A stretch of DNA of 38,797 nt from an uncultured Caulobacteraceae bacterium (GCA_964249365.1 CAXUCS010000003.1:1-38797), one strand, 5' to 3'; shown: positions 1-10,481, counted from the stretch's first letter. Notes: a model not told the origin generated them from the sequence alone. Translations and numbers: made by a program.

Positions 1-1
1 T

Positions 2-802
2 GAAGCCCGCTATGGCCATCGCGGGGATGAGGTAAAGTTGCGAGCTGCAGTAGATGAGCGCGTCCCGGTCGGGCGTCGAGCCGAACTGGCCCAGGATGCG
101 GCCCACGTGACCGCCCGGCTCGCGGATGAACTCGACCTGACTCTCCTGAGGCGTGATCTTCTCGATATCGCCTGAGGCCAGCCGCCAAGCGCCGCTGAGC
201 GTCCCGAGCGGGACGAAATTCTGCAGCCACGCCTCTTCCTTCGGCGTGGGTCGCAGGCGAAAGCCGGTCCTGACCTCGACATGGCAGGCCGTGATCAACC
301 GCGGCTCGCGGCCGTGCGCTGCGTTATGCAGCCGCGGGCCCTGCATCTCCGGCGGCCAGCCGATCAGCCGTATGCAGGCGGGCCCTGACTGCCACGCGCA
401 GGTCAGGGTGTTCGGCTTGATCTCGATCTCGGCCGGCCCGAGAAACGTCGCCAGGTGCTTGGCCGTCGCCTCGACGTTGGCGCGAACATCGCCCGGCACA
501 TACGCCGCGCTGGAGAATCGTCCGGCAGGCAGGTTCGGGGCGAAGCCGTCGAAGGTCGACATCGACATGGGCCACATCAGGTTAGGCGCAAGCCGGCCAG
601 GGACTTCGACGCTATCCTGCTGATAGGCTGCGTTCCGGGTCACTCCGTACCTGCGCATCAAGGTCGCGCGGGTCTCCCGCCAGGGCAGGCCGATGGCGTC
701 CAGCAGCTCGAGCACGGGTGCGCCCTCGCGAGGTCCGGACACCCCGCTCGGGTTCGACGGCTCGTCGGCGGCCGAGCGTCGAGCGAAGAGACGCCCCAGC
801 AC
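2..802 (-). CDS. hypothetical protein, partial (runs off the left edge)
   Basis: Not in the ORF track. The frame is open from GTG at 802 (2 nt past the upstream gene's TGA) to the window edge and reads VLGRLFARR...LELLDAIGLPWRETRATLMRRYG...LYLIPAMAIAGF. Confidence 0.65.
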   Translation of the reverse strand, partial: MLGRLFARRSAADEPSNPSGVSGPREGAPVLELLDAIGLPWRETRATLMRRYGVTRNAAYQQDSVEVPGRLAPNLMWPMSMSTFDGFAPNLPAGRFSSAAYVPGDVRANVEATAKHLATFLGPAEIEIKPNTLTCAWQSGPACIRLIGWPPEMQGPRLHNAAHGREPRLITACHVEVRTGFRLRPTPKEEAWLQNFVPLGTLSGAWRLASGDIEKITPQESQVEFIREPGGHVGRILGQFGSTPDRDALIYCSSQLYLIPAMAIAGF

Positions 803-804
803 GT

Positions 805-1662
805 TCAGTCGCCCCCTCCTGGCGACCGCGCGCGTTCGCCGACAGGAAGAGGCTGCCGGGTCGGTCCCCGCGGTTCTCTCGTCGGCGTGTAGCGTGTTCC
901 GTTCCAGACATAGGTGCGGCCGCCCCGCGCGCCGGTCTTCGCCAGCACAAGGTCGTAGACGCCGCCTGTCATGTGGGAGGTGAACCGTACGGTGTGGCGG
1001 GTGGCCGTCTCCCGCGGGCGCGAACCGGTCTTGTCGGTGACCGAGTCCGCCGTCCCGGCCGAGAAGATCGGGACCAGCACGGCGCCGAGCCGCCGATAGA
1101 GGACCAGCGACGACGCCTCGGCCGTGGTCGAGGTGGTGGTCAGCGTCTCCGAGACATCGACCCCGATCGCAACCTCATGGGGCGAGATGCGGAACACCGC
1201 GCGATCAATCCCGACGTCAGGGACGGACGGCGTGATCGTGCGGCTGGGCTCGGGAGGGTCCGCGTCACGGTCGGAGGCGACGAGCTCAAAGTGATCACCC
1301 TGGCGTGTGACGAGGCCTACGCGCAATGCCCCGAGGGTTTCGGCGGAGTCGTTACCGGCCGTATCCTCCAACGCGGCGACGGCGAGCAGGCCCGGCGGCC
1401 CTCCGGGCCAAGGCGCCAGCGCGACGGGCGCCGCGTCCGTCGCATCCACGTCCGCCCCAGCCAGCGCCGTGAACGCCGCCGCCTTCTCCTTGTCGCCTTG
1501 TGCGTGCACGGCCCCTGGGGCTAGGAGCAGCAGAACCGTGGCCGCCAGGGCGGTCGACGCACCTGCAAGCCGCAAGCCTCGACCGGAGGTCGCCCACCAT
1601 GTGTGTGGCCTACCCAGGTGGCCGCCTCTGTCACGGCGGAGGGCGAAGGATGTCAGCCGCAT
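805..1662 (-). CDS. putative exported hypothetical protein
   Basis: Signal-peptide-like stretch (LAATVLLLLAPGAVHA-Q), beta-rich body, C-terminal YVWNGTRY. Start uncertain; the track ORF extends to 1839. Confidence 0.6.
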   Translation of the reverse strand: MRLTSFALRRDRGGHLGRPHTWWATSGRGLRLAGASTALAATVLLLLAPGAVHAQGDKEKAAAFTALAGADVDATDAAPVALAPWPGGPPGLLAVAALEDTAGNDSAETLGALRVGLVTRQGDHFELVASDRDADPPEPSRTITPSVPDVGIDRAVFRISPHEVAIGVDVSETLTTTSTTAEASSLVLYRRLGAVLVPIFSAGTADSVTDKTGSRPRETATRHTVRFTSHMTGGVYDLVLAKTGARGGRTYVWNGTRYTPTREPRGPTRQPLPVGERARSPGGGD

Positions 1663-2007
1663 GCAGGCCAGCTTAGCTCGGCTTTCCGGCTGCGCCACCC
1701 GCTGAGCGCGAGGCGGCTGCGGACGTGCAGGCGCCGGCGTACCCCTCCGGCATGGGGTGCGGGTCATGGGGATGCTTGCAGGTCTGCGCGCGGCGGCCTC
1801 GACCCCGGACGGCTCTGCTCTCGCCCAGCAGCCGGTCACGTCCGAAGCCGGCGCAGTCAGCGGCCGGTCGCCTCGTATTGTTCGACGAACGCTGCGAAGC
1901 TCGAGGCACCTCGATCAAGTGCAAGTCCATGATCGTTGCCCTTAGCATGGATGCGGGCCCGAACCGCAAAGCGGCATTGGAGGAAGAAGTTCTCCAAGGA
2001 GCACGCC

Positions 2008-2639
2008 ATGACACAACGCGACTTATTCCGTCCTACTCCACGGCCCTGGAACCGCGGTCGGATCATCGGGCCCAAACCGCCGTTCAAAGCCAAGCACGTC
2101 TGAGCTATACGCCAGCAGCTGAAAGTCGCCGGGCGCGTGCGGGACCTCGCCCTTTTCGACTGCGGGATCGACGCCAAGCTGCGGGGCTGTGACCTCGTCA
2201 AGCTCAGGGTCAGCGACGTCGTCGCACCGGGCGGCGCTTTGCGAGCACGTGCGACGGGTGATCCAGCAGAAGACGGGCAGGCCTGTGCCGTTCGAGATCA
2301 CCGACACGACGCGTGACGCGCTCTCGGCTTGGCTAAAGCTGCGCGGACCGCGACAGGACGACTGGCTTTTCCCAAGCCGCACTTGCGCGGGCGAGCACAT
2401 GAGCACGCGCCATCACGCCCGACTCGTGCAGGAGTGGCTCGCACTGATCGACCTCGAGCCGAAGGCCTACGGCACCCACAGCCTGCGCCGGACCAAGGTC
2501 GCCATGCTCTACAAGAAGACGGGCAACCTGCGCGCCTGCCAACTTCTGCTCGGGTCATCGCAAGCTGGAGAGCGCCGTGCGCTATCTCGGCATCGAGGTC
2601 GATGACGCGCTCGCTATGTCCGAACAGGTCGACCTCTGA
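2008..2639 (+). pseudogene. tyrosine recombinase/phage integrase family, disrupted
   Basis: Motifs PWNRGRIIGPKPP, RDLALF..IDAKLRGCDLVKL, YGTHSLRRTK and LLG(H)RKLESAVRYLGIEVDDAL. In-frame TGA at 2101 and frameshifts near 2257 and 2553. AGGAG precedes ATG 2008. Confidence 0.9.
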
Positions 2640-2646
2640 CCGTTAG

Positions 2647-2678
2647 GCCCGCAGCCCAAGAGCTGCGGGCTATCTTCT
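2647..2678 (+). terminator. putative intrinsic terminator hairpin
   Basis: GCCCGCAGC-ccaaga-GCTGCGGGC (9-bp perfect stem) followed by TATCTTCT, just after the integrase stop. Confidence 0.5.
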
Positions 2679-2798
2679 GACAGTCAAAACCGCAGGCCGT
2701 CGTCGTGGGCGCAACCGAGGGAGTGAGCCTCAAACTCGTCTTGAAGCTGCACCATAAGCACGAGCGGAAGGACCAGCAGCCGTCAGGGAAGAACGCCA

Positions 2799-3270
2799 GT
2801 GACCCCAAAAGCCCGGCGCCCGGGCGATCTCCACGGCACATCGCAGATGCAACGGTAAGCCGGATCCTTCACGGTAACGGAGAGCCGCTACGCGCCCGGA
2901 GTCACGATCGCTCGTCACGACCATGAGTTGGCGAGCCTGAACGTCGTTTTCACGGGCCGGTACGATGAGGGGTTCGGTCGTCATCGGCGAAGGGGCGATC
3001 CTGGAGTGGTGATCATCCATCCAGAAGGGGAACACCATGACGAGGTCCATGATCCCGTCGTCGTCACTGTACTCACGATGGAGATCGACAGCGGCTTCCT
3101 GCAGACGCTGCGGCCCACCACCCGCATGTTCGATGAACCATGGCATCGGATCGACTTCAGCTTCGTCACGGCCGCCTATCGCTTGCGATCTACTCTGACG
3201 CACGCCAACCAGCTATCCCCTCTCGTCATCGAGAGCACGATCCTTGACATGGTCGCCCGGCTCGACGTCG
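2799..3270 (+). pseudogene. AraC-family regulator N-terminal cupin domain, truncated by IS3
   Basis: One frame reads FTVTESRYAPGVTIARHDHELASLNVVFTGRYDE...VVIIHPEGEHH (cupin His motifs). In-frame TAA at 2856. The HTH domain is missing after the IS end at 3271. Confidence 0.7.
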
Positions 3271-4190
3271 TGGCCTGCCTCCATTGGGTGATCCGGTTGG
3301 AATGTTAGTGCAGGGTTGGTGTGGGCGCCACGTCTGAGTTGGCCGGGGGCGCGCCCTCCAGAGCTGGCGCACCCGGCCACAGCGCGACCTTTACGCTCCT
3401 GGGCAGGACCGCCTCCGGTGCGGGCGGGACATAGCCCAGGGAGCTATGCGGGCGCACGGTGTTGAAGTGCTGCCGCCAGCTCTCGATCAGGACCTCGGCT
3501 TCACGTAGGCTGGAGAAGACCTCGAGGTTGAGCAGCTCGTCGCGGAGCTTGCTATTAAGGCTTTCGCAGAAGCCGTTCTCCCAAGGACTACCCGGCTCAA
3601 TGTAGGCGGTTTGGGTACCGACGTCAGAAATCCACTTTCGCAATGTCAGGGCGATGAACTCTGGACCGTTGTCTGAACGTATATAGTTAGGCTTGCCTCT
3701 GACGATCATGACGTCGGCCAGTGTCTCCAGGACGTCGGTGGAGTTGAGCTTTCGCTTGATCCGTATGGCCAGAGCCTCGCGGGTGAACTCGTCGATCAGG
3801 CACAGCATCCTGAACTTCTTTCCTTCGTGGGTCCGACCTTCGACGAAGTCGTAAGACCACACGTGATTGGGCCAGCTCGCGCGCAGGCGCACGCACGAGC
3901 CGTCATTGAGCCAGAGATGGCCTCGCTTTGCTTGTTTCTGTGGGACGTTCAGCCCCTCTCGTCGCCAGATGCGCTGCACCCGCTCAGGCCGTTCACCGCC
4001 CAGCCTGCACTGCGCAGGAGGGCGGTGAACCGCCGATAGCCGTAACGGCCATAGGTCTTGGCCAGCTCGATGATGTCGGCGGTCAACGCTGCCTCATCAT
4101 CACGGGTGCGGGGCTTCTTGCGCTGAGTAGAGCGGTGCTGACCCAGGACCTGGCAGGCCCGACGTTCGGAAACGTCGTGCTCCTCCTGCA
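3271..4190 (-). mobile_element. IS3-family (IS407-group-like) remnant: one terminal IR plus frameshifted OrfB; OrfA and the other end lost
   Basis: End sequence TGGCCTGCCTCC at 3271. OrfB motifs VSERRAC.VLGQHRSTQR, YGRYGYRR, NHVWSYDF, IRSDNGPEF, PGSPWENG..ES.N, RPHSSLGY. Frameshift near 3990. Confidence 0.9.
3305..3979 (-). pseudogene. IS3 transposase OrfB integrase (DDE) core
   Basis: rve-type motifs WSYDF / SDNGPEF / ENGFCESLN. Confidence 0.85.
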
Positions 4191-4479
4191 GGTCCGCCCG
4201 GCGATTGCCCGCGCACTGGAGACTGCAGGTGATCGTATGCACGGCGAAGCGGGCCTTGAGATCCGCCAAGCTGAATTGGAGCTGCTTCTTCAGATTTCCG
4301 CCGACCCGCAGTCGATACGAGCCTTCGTTCAACTGCTGCACCTCGCCGTGAGTACGAACGTACAGGTCGTGCTGGTGTGTGATGAAGGCGTTCGCCAGCG
4401 TCGCCAAAGGCGGCTTGGTGTTCAGCGGCTGGTCGGAATGGACGATCTGGTTGGACTGAGGGTGCGCGATTGACGACAT
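4185..4479 (-). pseudogene. sulfite oxidase-family molybdoenzyme, N-terminal fragment
   Basis: PLNTKPP..L...FIT....YVRTHG and TITCSLQCAGNRR (Moco-ligating Cys motif), joined in frame to IS3 OrfB. Confidence 0.8.
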
Positions 4480-4604
4480 GCCAGATCAACGCATGCGACG
4501 ATGTCTGGAGCCGCCGGAACGTCGCGTCTCGGGCAGCAAGCTTTCGGCTGCTTTGAGCGCTCCTCACCATTGCAGGTGGGCTCGGCGAGCGGGTCGGCGC
4601 TGGA

Positions 4605-5537
4605 TCACGCCGCAAAGGCCGAGTTGCTCGCCTCCATGCGGGCGTAGCGGCGGGGCGGGCAGCCCATCACCCGCTTGAACGCCGTGTTGAAGGCGTTCTC
4701 GGACGCGTAGCCGAGGGACCGGGCGGCTTCGGCAAGGGAATAGCGCCCCTCCGCGAGGCGCTCGGCCGCCAGCATCATGCGCCAGCGCGTGAGATAGGCG
4801 ATGGGCGTCTCGCCGACCCGCTCCCGGAACCGTTGCGCGAAGACCGACCGCGACACGCCCGCCTTGCTCGCCAACTCGCCCAAGGTCCAGCGGTGGGCCG
4901 GATCGGCGTGGATGGCGCTCAGCGCCGCGCCGACCTGTGGATCGGCCAGCGCGTAGAACCAGCCGACCTGTCCGCCCGTCCCTTGCGCGAGGTGGAGCCG
5001 CAGCACCTGCAGCAGCATCAGGTGGGCCAGGTGGTGCGCGACGAGGGACAGGCCGGGCCGCTCCTCGCGCACCTCCGCCATCATCCGCTCCATGGACCAG
5101 CGTAGGGCCGCTTGGTCCTCCGCCGCCCGGAACTGCACCACCGGCGCGAGCGTCCCGAGCAGGGCCTGCGCCTTGCGCGCGTCCACCTCGAAGCGCGCGC
5201 CTACGAGCAGGGCGTCGCCCCCGCCGCCGTACAAGACCGTTGCGCCGTGTCGGGCGCTCGCCAGCACTTCGCCCGCCGCCGCCGGGGGCAGGTCCAGGTC
5301 GCTGGCCAGGGTGAAGGAGCGGCCGTTCGGCAGCATGAAGCCGTCGTGCTCCGCCAGCCGCACCGGATCGGCTACCCCGTCCACCTGCAGCCAGCAGGAC
5401 CCGCGCATCACCGCATAGCACTTGATCAGCCCGGGGCGGCCGGTGAACCGCATCGCCCAGCGCCCCCCCACGTCCAGGCCGGCGGTGAGGTAGCTCCGGG
5501 GCTTGAGCAGCGCGAGGACGTCGGAAAGCGGGTCCAT
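4605..5537 (-). CDS. AraC-family transcriptional regulator (cupin_6 + HTH)
   Basis: MDPLSDVLALLKPRS start; IHADPAHRWTLGELA...SRSVFAQRF...LGYASENAFNTAFKRVMGCPP. Divergent from the NmrA gene. Confidence 0.93.
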   Translation of the reverse strand: MDPLSDVLALLKPRSYLTAGLDVGGRWAMRFTGRPGLIKCYAVMRGSCWLQVDGVADPVRLAEHDGFMLPNGRSFTLASDLDLPPAAAGEVLASARHGATVLYGGGGDALLVGARFEVDARKAQALLGTLAPVVQFRAAEDQAALRWSMERMMAEVREERPGLSLVAHHLAHLMLLQVLRLHLAQGTGGQVGWFYALADPQVGAALSAIHADPAHRWTLGELASKAGVSRSVFAQRFRERVGETPIAYLTRWRMMLAAERLAEGRYSLAEAARSLGYASENAFNTAFKRVMGCPPRRYARMEASNSAFAA

Positions 5538-5640
5538 GGTCAGGGTCAGGACGATCGCGAAGAAACGAGGGACGATCGTGGATAGGCCGTACGGGTTGGG
5601 CTGTCTATCTCGTCCTCTCCAACGCCGGAAAGGTCCAGTC

Positions 5641-6518
5641 ATGATCGTCGTCACCACGCCTACCGGCAACATCGGCCGGTCTGTCGTTCAGCATTTGCTC
5701 GAGGCTGGCGAGACGATCCGCGTGGTGCGCGCGACCGGGCCAAGCTGTCGCCAGCCGTTCGCGACCACGTCGAGGTCGTGGAAGGCTCGCACGGGGATGC
5801 GGCGGTGCTGGAGCGGGCCTTCAAGGGCGCCGAGGCGGTGTTCTGGCTCTGCCCGCCCACTCCGTCCGCGACGCCCGAGGCGCAGACGGTGAAGTTCACG
5901 GGCCCGGCGGTCGAGGCGATCCGACGCTGCGAGGTCCCGCGCATCGTCGCGGCGACCACGCTCGGACGCGGCACGGCGTGGCAGGACCGCGCCGGCATGG
6001 CGAGCGCCTCGATCCGCATGGTCGACCGGCTGCGCGAGACGGGCGCGGCGGTCCGCGGCCTGGCCTTGCCGGCGTTCATGGACAACGCCCTGAAGCAGGT
6101 CGCGACGATCAGGGACGGCGTGATGACGGGCGCCATCGGCCCGGACAGGAAGCTTCCGCACACCGCCACGCGCGACGTGGGCGCGGCGGCGGCCAGACTG
6201 CTCTGCGACCGGACCTGGCAGGGGCAGGAGGACGTGGCGGTGCTCGGGCCCGAAGAGCTGTCCTACAGCAACCTCGCCGCCATCGTGTCGGACGTCCTCG
6301 GCCGGGAGGTCCGCTACCAGCCCGTCCCGTTCGAGGAGCTGGAGGCCCGGTTGCGCGAGCGCGGCATGAACCCGGCCTTCGCGCAGGCCTATGTCGAGAT
6401 GCTGCGGGCCAAGGACGAGGGCATGGACAACATAGCGCCGCGCGCCTCGGCCCTCATCGGCCCCACCAGCTTTCGCCTGTGGGCGCAGGATGAGCTTGCA
6501 CCGGTTGTACACGGCTGA
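5641..6518 (+). pseudogene. NmrA-family NAD(P)-binding oxidoreductase, single frameshift
   Basis: MIVVTTPTGNIG Rossmann start. A one-base shift near 5727 restores V(A)RDRAKL...VEVVEGSH; the C-terminal NmrA body is intact. Confidence 0.85.
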
Positions 6519-6782
6519 AAGCGCAGGGCCACGCTCATAGAAGTAAAGGCTGAACTGCTACGCAGCGCCTGGGGTCTGTTTTGGAACTCGCCATTGCGTC
6601 ATGTCCCCTGTGTGGCGTGCCGGTGATGTCCGCTTCACCCCAACTCGCGTCATCTCGGCCGCCATCAGGGCCGCCGATGACGCCTTCCTCGATGTCGCGA
6701 AGCTGGAGCAAGCGGCATGTCGGCCTCGGGCGCGTCTACCCCAGCGGTGGCGACAATGATGCGGTGCGGCTATGGGCCATCC

Positions 6783-7463
6783 ATGGACCTGCGCGCCGCC
6801 TTGCACAGCCGTCGCACCAGCGACATGGGGCTGAGCGTCGTCCTCGGCCTGCAGGTCCTGACCCTCTTCGTCGCCGCCCCGCTAGAGGCTACGGGCAAGC
6901 TGCCGCTCGAAGTGGTGGAGGTGCTCAGGCTCGGGCTCGCTGCCGCCGTGCTCGTCACCCGCGCGGCGCCTAGTGCGCTGGCGGTGACCCTGACCTTCCT
7001 GGCCTCCGCCGGACTGGCCCTCGTGGCGCGCTCCGGCATGGACGCGCCGGCTGTGACGCTGGAGCGGATCGCGGCAGGGGGCGCCTTCGATCTCGCCATC
7101 CTGGCCGTGACCGCGCGCTCCGTCTTCGGCGGCGGGGCGGTGAACGTCCACAAGATTCTGGGCGCGGTGATCGTCTACCTTTCGGTGGGCCTGGTCTTCG
7201 CCTCCGCCTACCGGGCGTGCGCGCTCCTGCTGCACCCCTCCTTCTCCGGCCTTCCCGCGCGGGGCGGGCGGGCGCTGAGCCAGCTCCTCTACTTCAGCCT
7301 CAGCACCCTCACGACCACCGGCTTCGGCGATATCACACCCGTGCACCCGTTCGTGCGGAGCCTGGCCAACCTGGAAGCCATCATCGGCCAGCTCTACCCC
7401 GCCACCTTGCTCGCCCGCCTGGTCACGCTGCACGCCGCGGGCGGCTCGGAGCGTAGCGGCTGA
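6783..7463 (+). CDS. potassium channel family (ion channel) membrane protein
   Basis: Several TM helices and pore motif LLYFSLSTLTTTGFGDITP...LANLEAIIGQLY. Start uncertain. Confidence 0.85.
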   Translation: MDLRAALHSRRTSDMGLSVVLGLQVLTLFVAAPLEATGKLPLEVVEVLRLGLAAAVLVTRAAPSALAVTLTFLASAGLALVARSGMDAPAVTLERIAAGGAFDLAILAVTARSVFGGGAVNVHKILGAVIVYLSVGLVFASAYRACALLLHPSFSGLPARGGRALSQLLYFSLSTLTTTGFGDITPVHPFVRSLANLEAIIGQLYPATLLARLVTLHAAGGSERSG

Positions 7464-7479
7464 GCCCTGCGATCGGGCG

Positions 7480-8709
7480 TTACGGCCGCCCGTCCGGACT
7501 AGACCCGCGGGCCGGCTGCGCCATCCCGGCTCTGCTGGTGAACTCCGTGGCGTAGAGGCCCAAGGCGAGCAGGCAGAAGGTAGCCACCAGGGCGTCGGCT
7601 GCGGGCCACCCGCCGAGCGCGTAGAGCGCCGCTCCTGCCGCGGAGCCGACAGCGCCGCCGAGGAACAGGAGTGCGATGTAGAGGCCGTTGAGGCGGCTGA
7701 GCGCCTCCCGGGCATGGCTGTAGATCGCCCGCTGCCCGACCACTTGGCTGGTCTGCACCCCGAGATCCAGGAGGAGCGCCGCCAGCACGAGCAACCACAG
7801 TCGGCCGGCGCCTCCGGCCAGCGCCGACAGGATGGCGCAAAGGGCGACCGCCGCAAAGGCCAACCCCGTGACGGGACGTGTCAGACCCCGGTCGGCCAAG
7901 CGCCCGGCCAATGGGGCGATCAGCGCTCCGGAGGCCCCAGCCAGGGCGAAGGCGGCGATGACGGTCTGGCCGTAGCGATAGGCCGGCCCCGCGAGCAGGA
8001 GCGGCGCCGTGGTCCAGAAGGCGCTGAACGCCCCGAACATGCAGGCCTGGTAGGCGGCCCGGCGCTGCAGCACGGGCGTGTTCCGCAGCAGCCCCGCCAT
8101 CGAACGTAGAAGTTGGCCGTAGGTGTGGTCCGCCTCCGGACGGCGGCGGGGCAGCCGGCGATGGAGCACGCCCGCCAGGACCAGCATGGCCGCCGCGGCC
8201 GCCGCGAACACCGCGCGCCCCCCAAGGGCGACGTCGATCAGGCTGGCCGCCGGCCGGGAGAGAAGGATGCCGGCCAGCAGGCCGCTCATCACCTCGCCCA
8301 CCACCCTTCCGCGCTCCGCTGGCGGCGCGAGATGGGCGGCCACCGGCACCAGCATCTGGGCCGCCACCGAGCCCAGCCCCACAAGGAGCGATGCAAGGAG
8401 GAAGACGGGAGCGTCGGGGGCCAGGGCCGCCAGGACGAGAGCCGCCGCGCCGCCCAGCACGGTTAGGACGATCAAGCGCCGGTTCTCCATCAGGTCTCCG
8501 AGCGGCACGACCAGGATCAGGCCCGCGACATAGCCGAGCTGGGCGAGGGTTACGGTAAGGCCGACGGCGGCCCGGCCGAGCCCGAGGCTCCGCCCGATGG
8601 GGCCGGCGAGAGGCTGGGCGTAGTAGAGGCCGGCCACCGACAGCCCGCAGGCGACGGCCATCAGAGCGATGAGGCCTCTTGGAACGTTCGGCTCTGCGTG
8701 TTCGGACAT
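7480..8709 (-). CDS. MFS transporter
   Basis: LYYAQPL, PLGDLMENRRL and AGRLADRG motifs; about 12 hydrophobic segments. Confidence 0.92.
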   Translation of the reverse strand: MSEHAEPNVPRGLIALMAVACGLSVAGLYYAQPLAGPIGRSLGLGRAAVGLTVTLAQLGYVAGLILVVPLGDLMENRRLIVLTVLGGAAALVLAALAPDAPVFLLASLLVGLGSVAAQMLVPVAAHLAPPAERGRVVGEVMSGLLAGILLSRPAASLIDVALGGRAVFAAAAAAMLVLAGVLHRRLPRRRPEADHTYGQLLRSMAGLLRNTPVLQRRAAYQACMFGAFSAFWTTAPLLLAGPAYRYGQTVIAAFALAGASGALIAPLAGRLADRGLTRPVTGLAFAAVALCAILSALAGGAGRLWLLVLAALLLDLGVQTSQVVGQRAIYSHAREALSRLNGLYIALLFLGGAVGSAAGAALYALGGWPAADALVATFCLLALGLYATEFTSRAGMAQPARGSSPDGRP

Positions 8710-8906
8710 GGTCGGCAACGCGCCTGTAGTCCGGGTGTTGCTAGCCGGTTCAGAGCTCCGGCAGGGACTTCTGGAGCCGCCAAGTCCCGAGCCGAACAGC
8801 GACCTATCGCGCCTCGACTGAAGAGGGCGGCAACGGCGTCGCCACCTCGGGTACAACTACAAGCCGCCGCCCCATCACTGCCGGAACGCAGACAGGTGGT
8901 GCAGCC

Positions 8907-9704
8907 TCAGCCACACCGGGCCTCCGCGATCTGGAAAGCGTCGCCGCATCCGGGCTGGTCGCTAAGGGCTGACAGGTCCGCCCGCGTCTGCGCGATGCGG
9001 TAGCCGCAGGGCATGAGGACGATTATGTCGGGAACGGCGGCCGCCAGAGCCTCCCACTTCAGCCAGGGCGAATGCTCGCCCGCGGTGGCGAACAGAGCCT
9101 CCCCGCCCGCGGCCTCCACCATCTCGGGGGCCCAGTTTCCGGCCGCCATCGGCGGGTCGATCCACTCGATGCAGGCCACGCGCGGACGCCAGCCCAGGCC
9201 CGCGCCCCGGGCGCGCAGGGTTTCGAACCGGCGCTGCAGCTCTTCAACGGCGGCCTCCGCCGCGTTCCGGGAGCCAATGGCCTAGCCCACCCGGCGCAGG
9301 GTGCCCCAGACCTCGTCCAGCGTCTCGGGCCCCAGGGACAGCAGCGTCGGCGGGGCGCCCACCCAGCTGGCGAGCGAGGCGTCCAGGTCGGCCGGCGTCA
9401 CTGCGCAGACCGCGCACTGCGTCTGGGTGACGATGACGTCCGGCTTCAGGGCGCGAAGGCGCTCCGCATGAACCTCGTAGACGGAGAGGCCCTGCCGCAC
9501 GATCTCCTGCACTCGGTTCTCCACCTGGCGGAACGTCAGGCCACGCTCCAGCTTGGTGGCCGTGCAGACCGGAAGCGCCTCCACGAAGGGGGGAAAGTCA
9601 CACTCGTGCGATCGCCCCACCAGCGCCTCGCCACGGCCGGCGGCGACCACCAGCTCTGTAGCGCTGGGGAGGAGCGAGACGACGCGGGGCGCGGCTCCAG
9701 GCAT
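8907..9704 (-). pseudogene. cobalamin/iron-siderophore-type ABC substrate-binding protein, disrupted
   Basis: RVVSLLPSATE, LVGRSHECDFP, LKPDVIVTQ, RVACIEWIDP..AAGNWAPEMV, PDIIVLMPCG. In-frame TAG at 9282-9284; the C-terminus appears truncated near 8950. Confidence 0.85.
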
Positions 9705-9730
9705 GGAAACCCCGGCTCCGGGCATGGCGC

Positions 9731-9850
9731 TCAGACCTCGTCCCACGGCGGCGGGAGCCGTCCCGCCTTGAATAGCACGGCCGGGTTCTCGTCGTAGTCG
9801 CCCATCTCCGTATCCGCCGAGACGCTGTAGGCGATCACGCCCTCGCCGCC
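9731..9850 (-). pseudogene. 3' fragment of an unknown gene
   Basis: Reads GGEGVIAYSVSADTEMGDYDENPAVLFKAGRLPPPWDEV* with no evident start; abuts a + strand fragment. Confidence 0.35.
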
Positions 9851-10105
9851 GAGCTGAAGAAGAACGGCTTCTACGAGCGCTTCCCGCCCGCGGGCGTCGA
9901 GGTGGTGAGCTGGTACGTGATGATGGGTCTTGGGCAGGTCGTGACCTTGCGCTTCCCGGCGGAGCGGCTGCGCGACGTCAACAGCGCCGTCGAGCAGACG
10001 GCCTGGGGCGGCTACCGCACCGAGTTCTACCCCACCTACGACGATCGCCAGTTGGCGGAGGAGGCGAAGGCGAAGGCCAAGGCCAAGGCAGGAGCTATCC
10101 CGTAG
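9842..10105 (+). pseudogene. C-terminal half of a conserved hypothetical protein
   Basis: LKKNGFYERFPPAGVEVVSWYVMMGLGQVVTLRFP...TAWGGYRTEFYPTYD is protein-like with strong GC3 bias; no start or RBS is evident. Confidence 0.55.
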
Positions 10106-10148
10106 GAGCGCTGGCCGCCCTTGCGATCAACTAGGTGGGCGCTGTGCG

Positions 10149-10481
10149 TCACTCGTGCGCGCCACGGCTGATCCGATACGGCCCTCTCCGCTCCTTAAGC
10201 TTCGTTCCTTTCCAGCTCAACTGCACTTGTCCTTCCGCCAACAGGGCGTCAACTGCGGCGTGGACCTGGGGCATCGCAACGCGCCAATCCCCGGGCTTTT
10301 CATCGGCTGACGTCGTGGCCAGGAGGCGAGCCACTTCGCTCGGACAGACCGTGGCCTCCGGCGCGCGGGCGGCGAGGAGCGTCAGCGTAGCATGGTGTGC
10401 ATCGAAGGCTGTCAGGTCTGCGTCTTCCCCGCTGATGACGGGTGCGGCGACGCGCGCTTGGTGCGGCCGAGCCTGTCTCAT
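10149..10481 (-). CDS. DUF3253 domain-containing protein
   Basis: LLAARAPEATVCPSEVAR...WRVAMPQVHAA...G.V.L..KG....RGPYRI pattern. Start uncertain. Confidence 0.8.
   Translation of the reverse strand: MRQARPHQARVAAPVISGEDADLTAFDAHHATLTLLAARAPEATVCPSEVARLLATTSADEKPGDWRVAMPQVHAAVDALLAEGQVQLSWKGTKLKERRGPYRISRGAHE

Noticed and set aside
2730-3203. 157-aa minus-strand ORF
   Set aside because: Antisense shadow of the AraC cupin pseudogene, whose motifs are on the + strand.
9692-9727. Short direct repeat CGGCTCC(A/G)GGCATGG twice
   Set aside because: Only two copies at a gene start; no array or spacer structure.
10063-10090. GGC(G/C)AA hexamer run
   Set aside because: Encodes a low-complexity AKAKAKAK tail; not a CRISPR or functional repeat that I can support.
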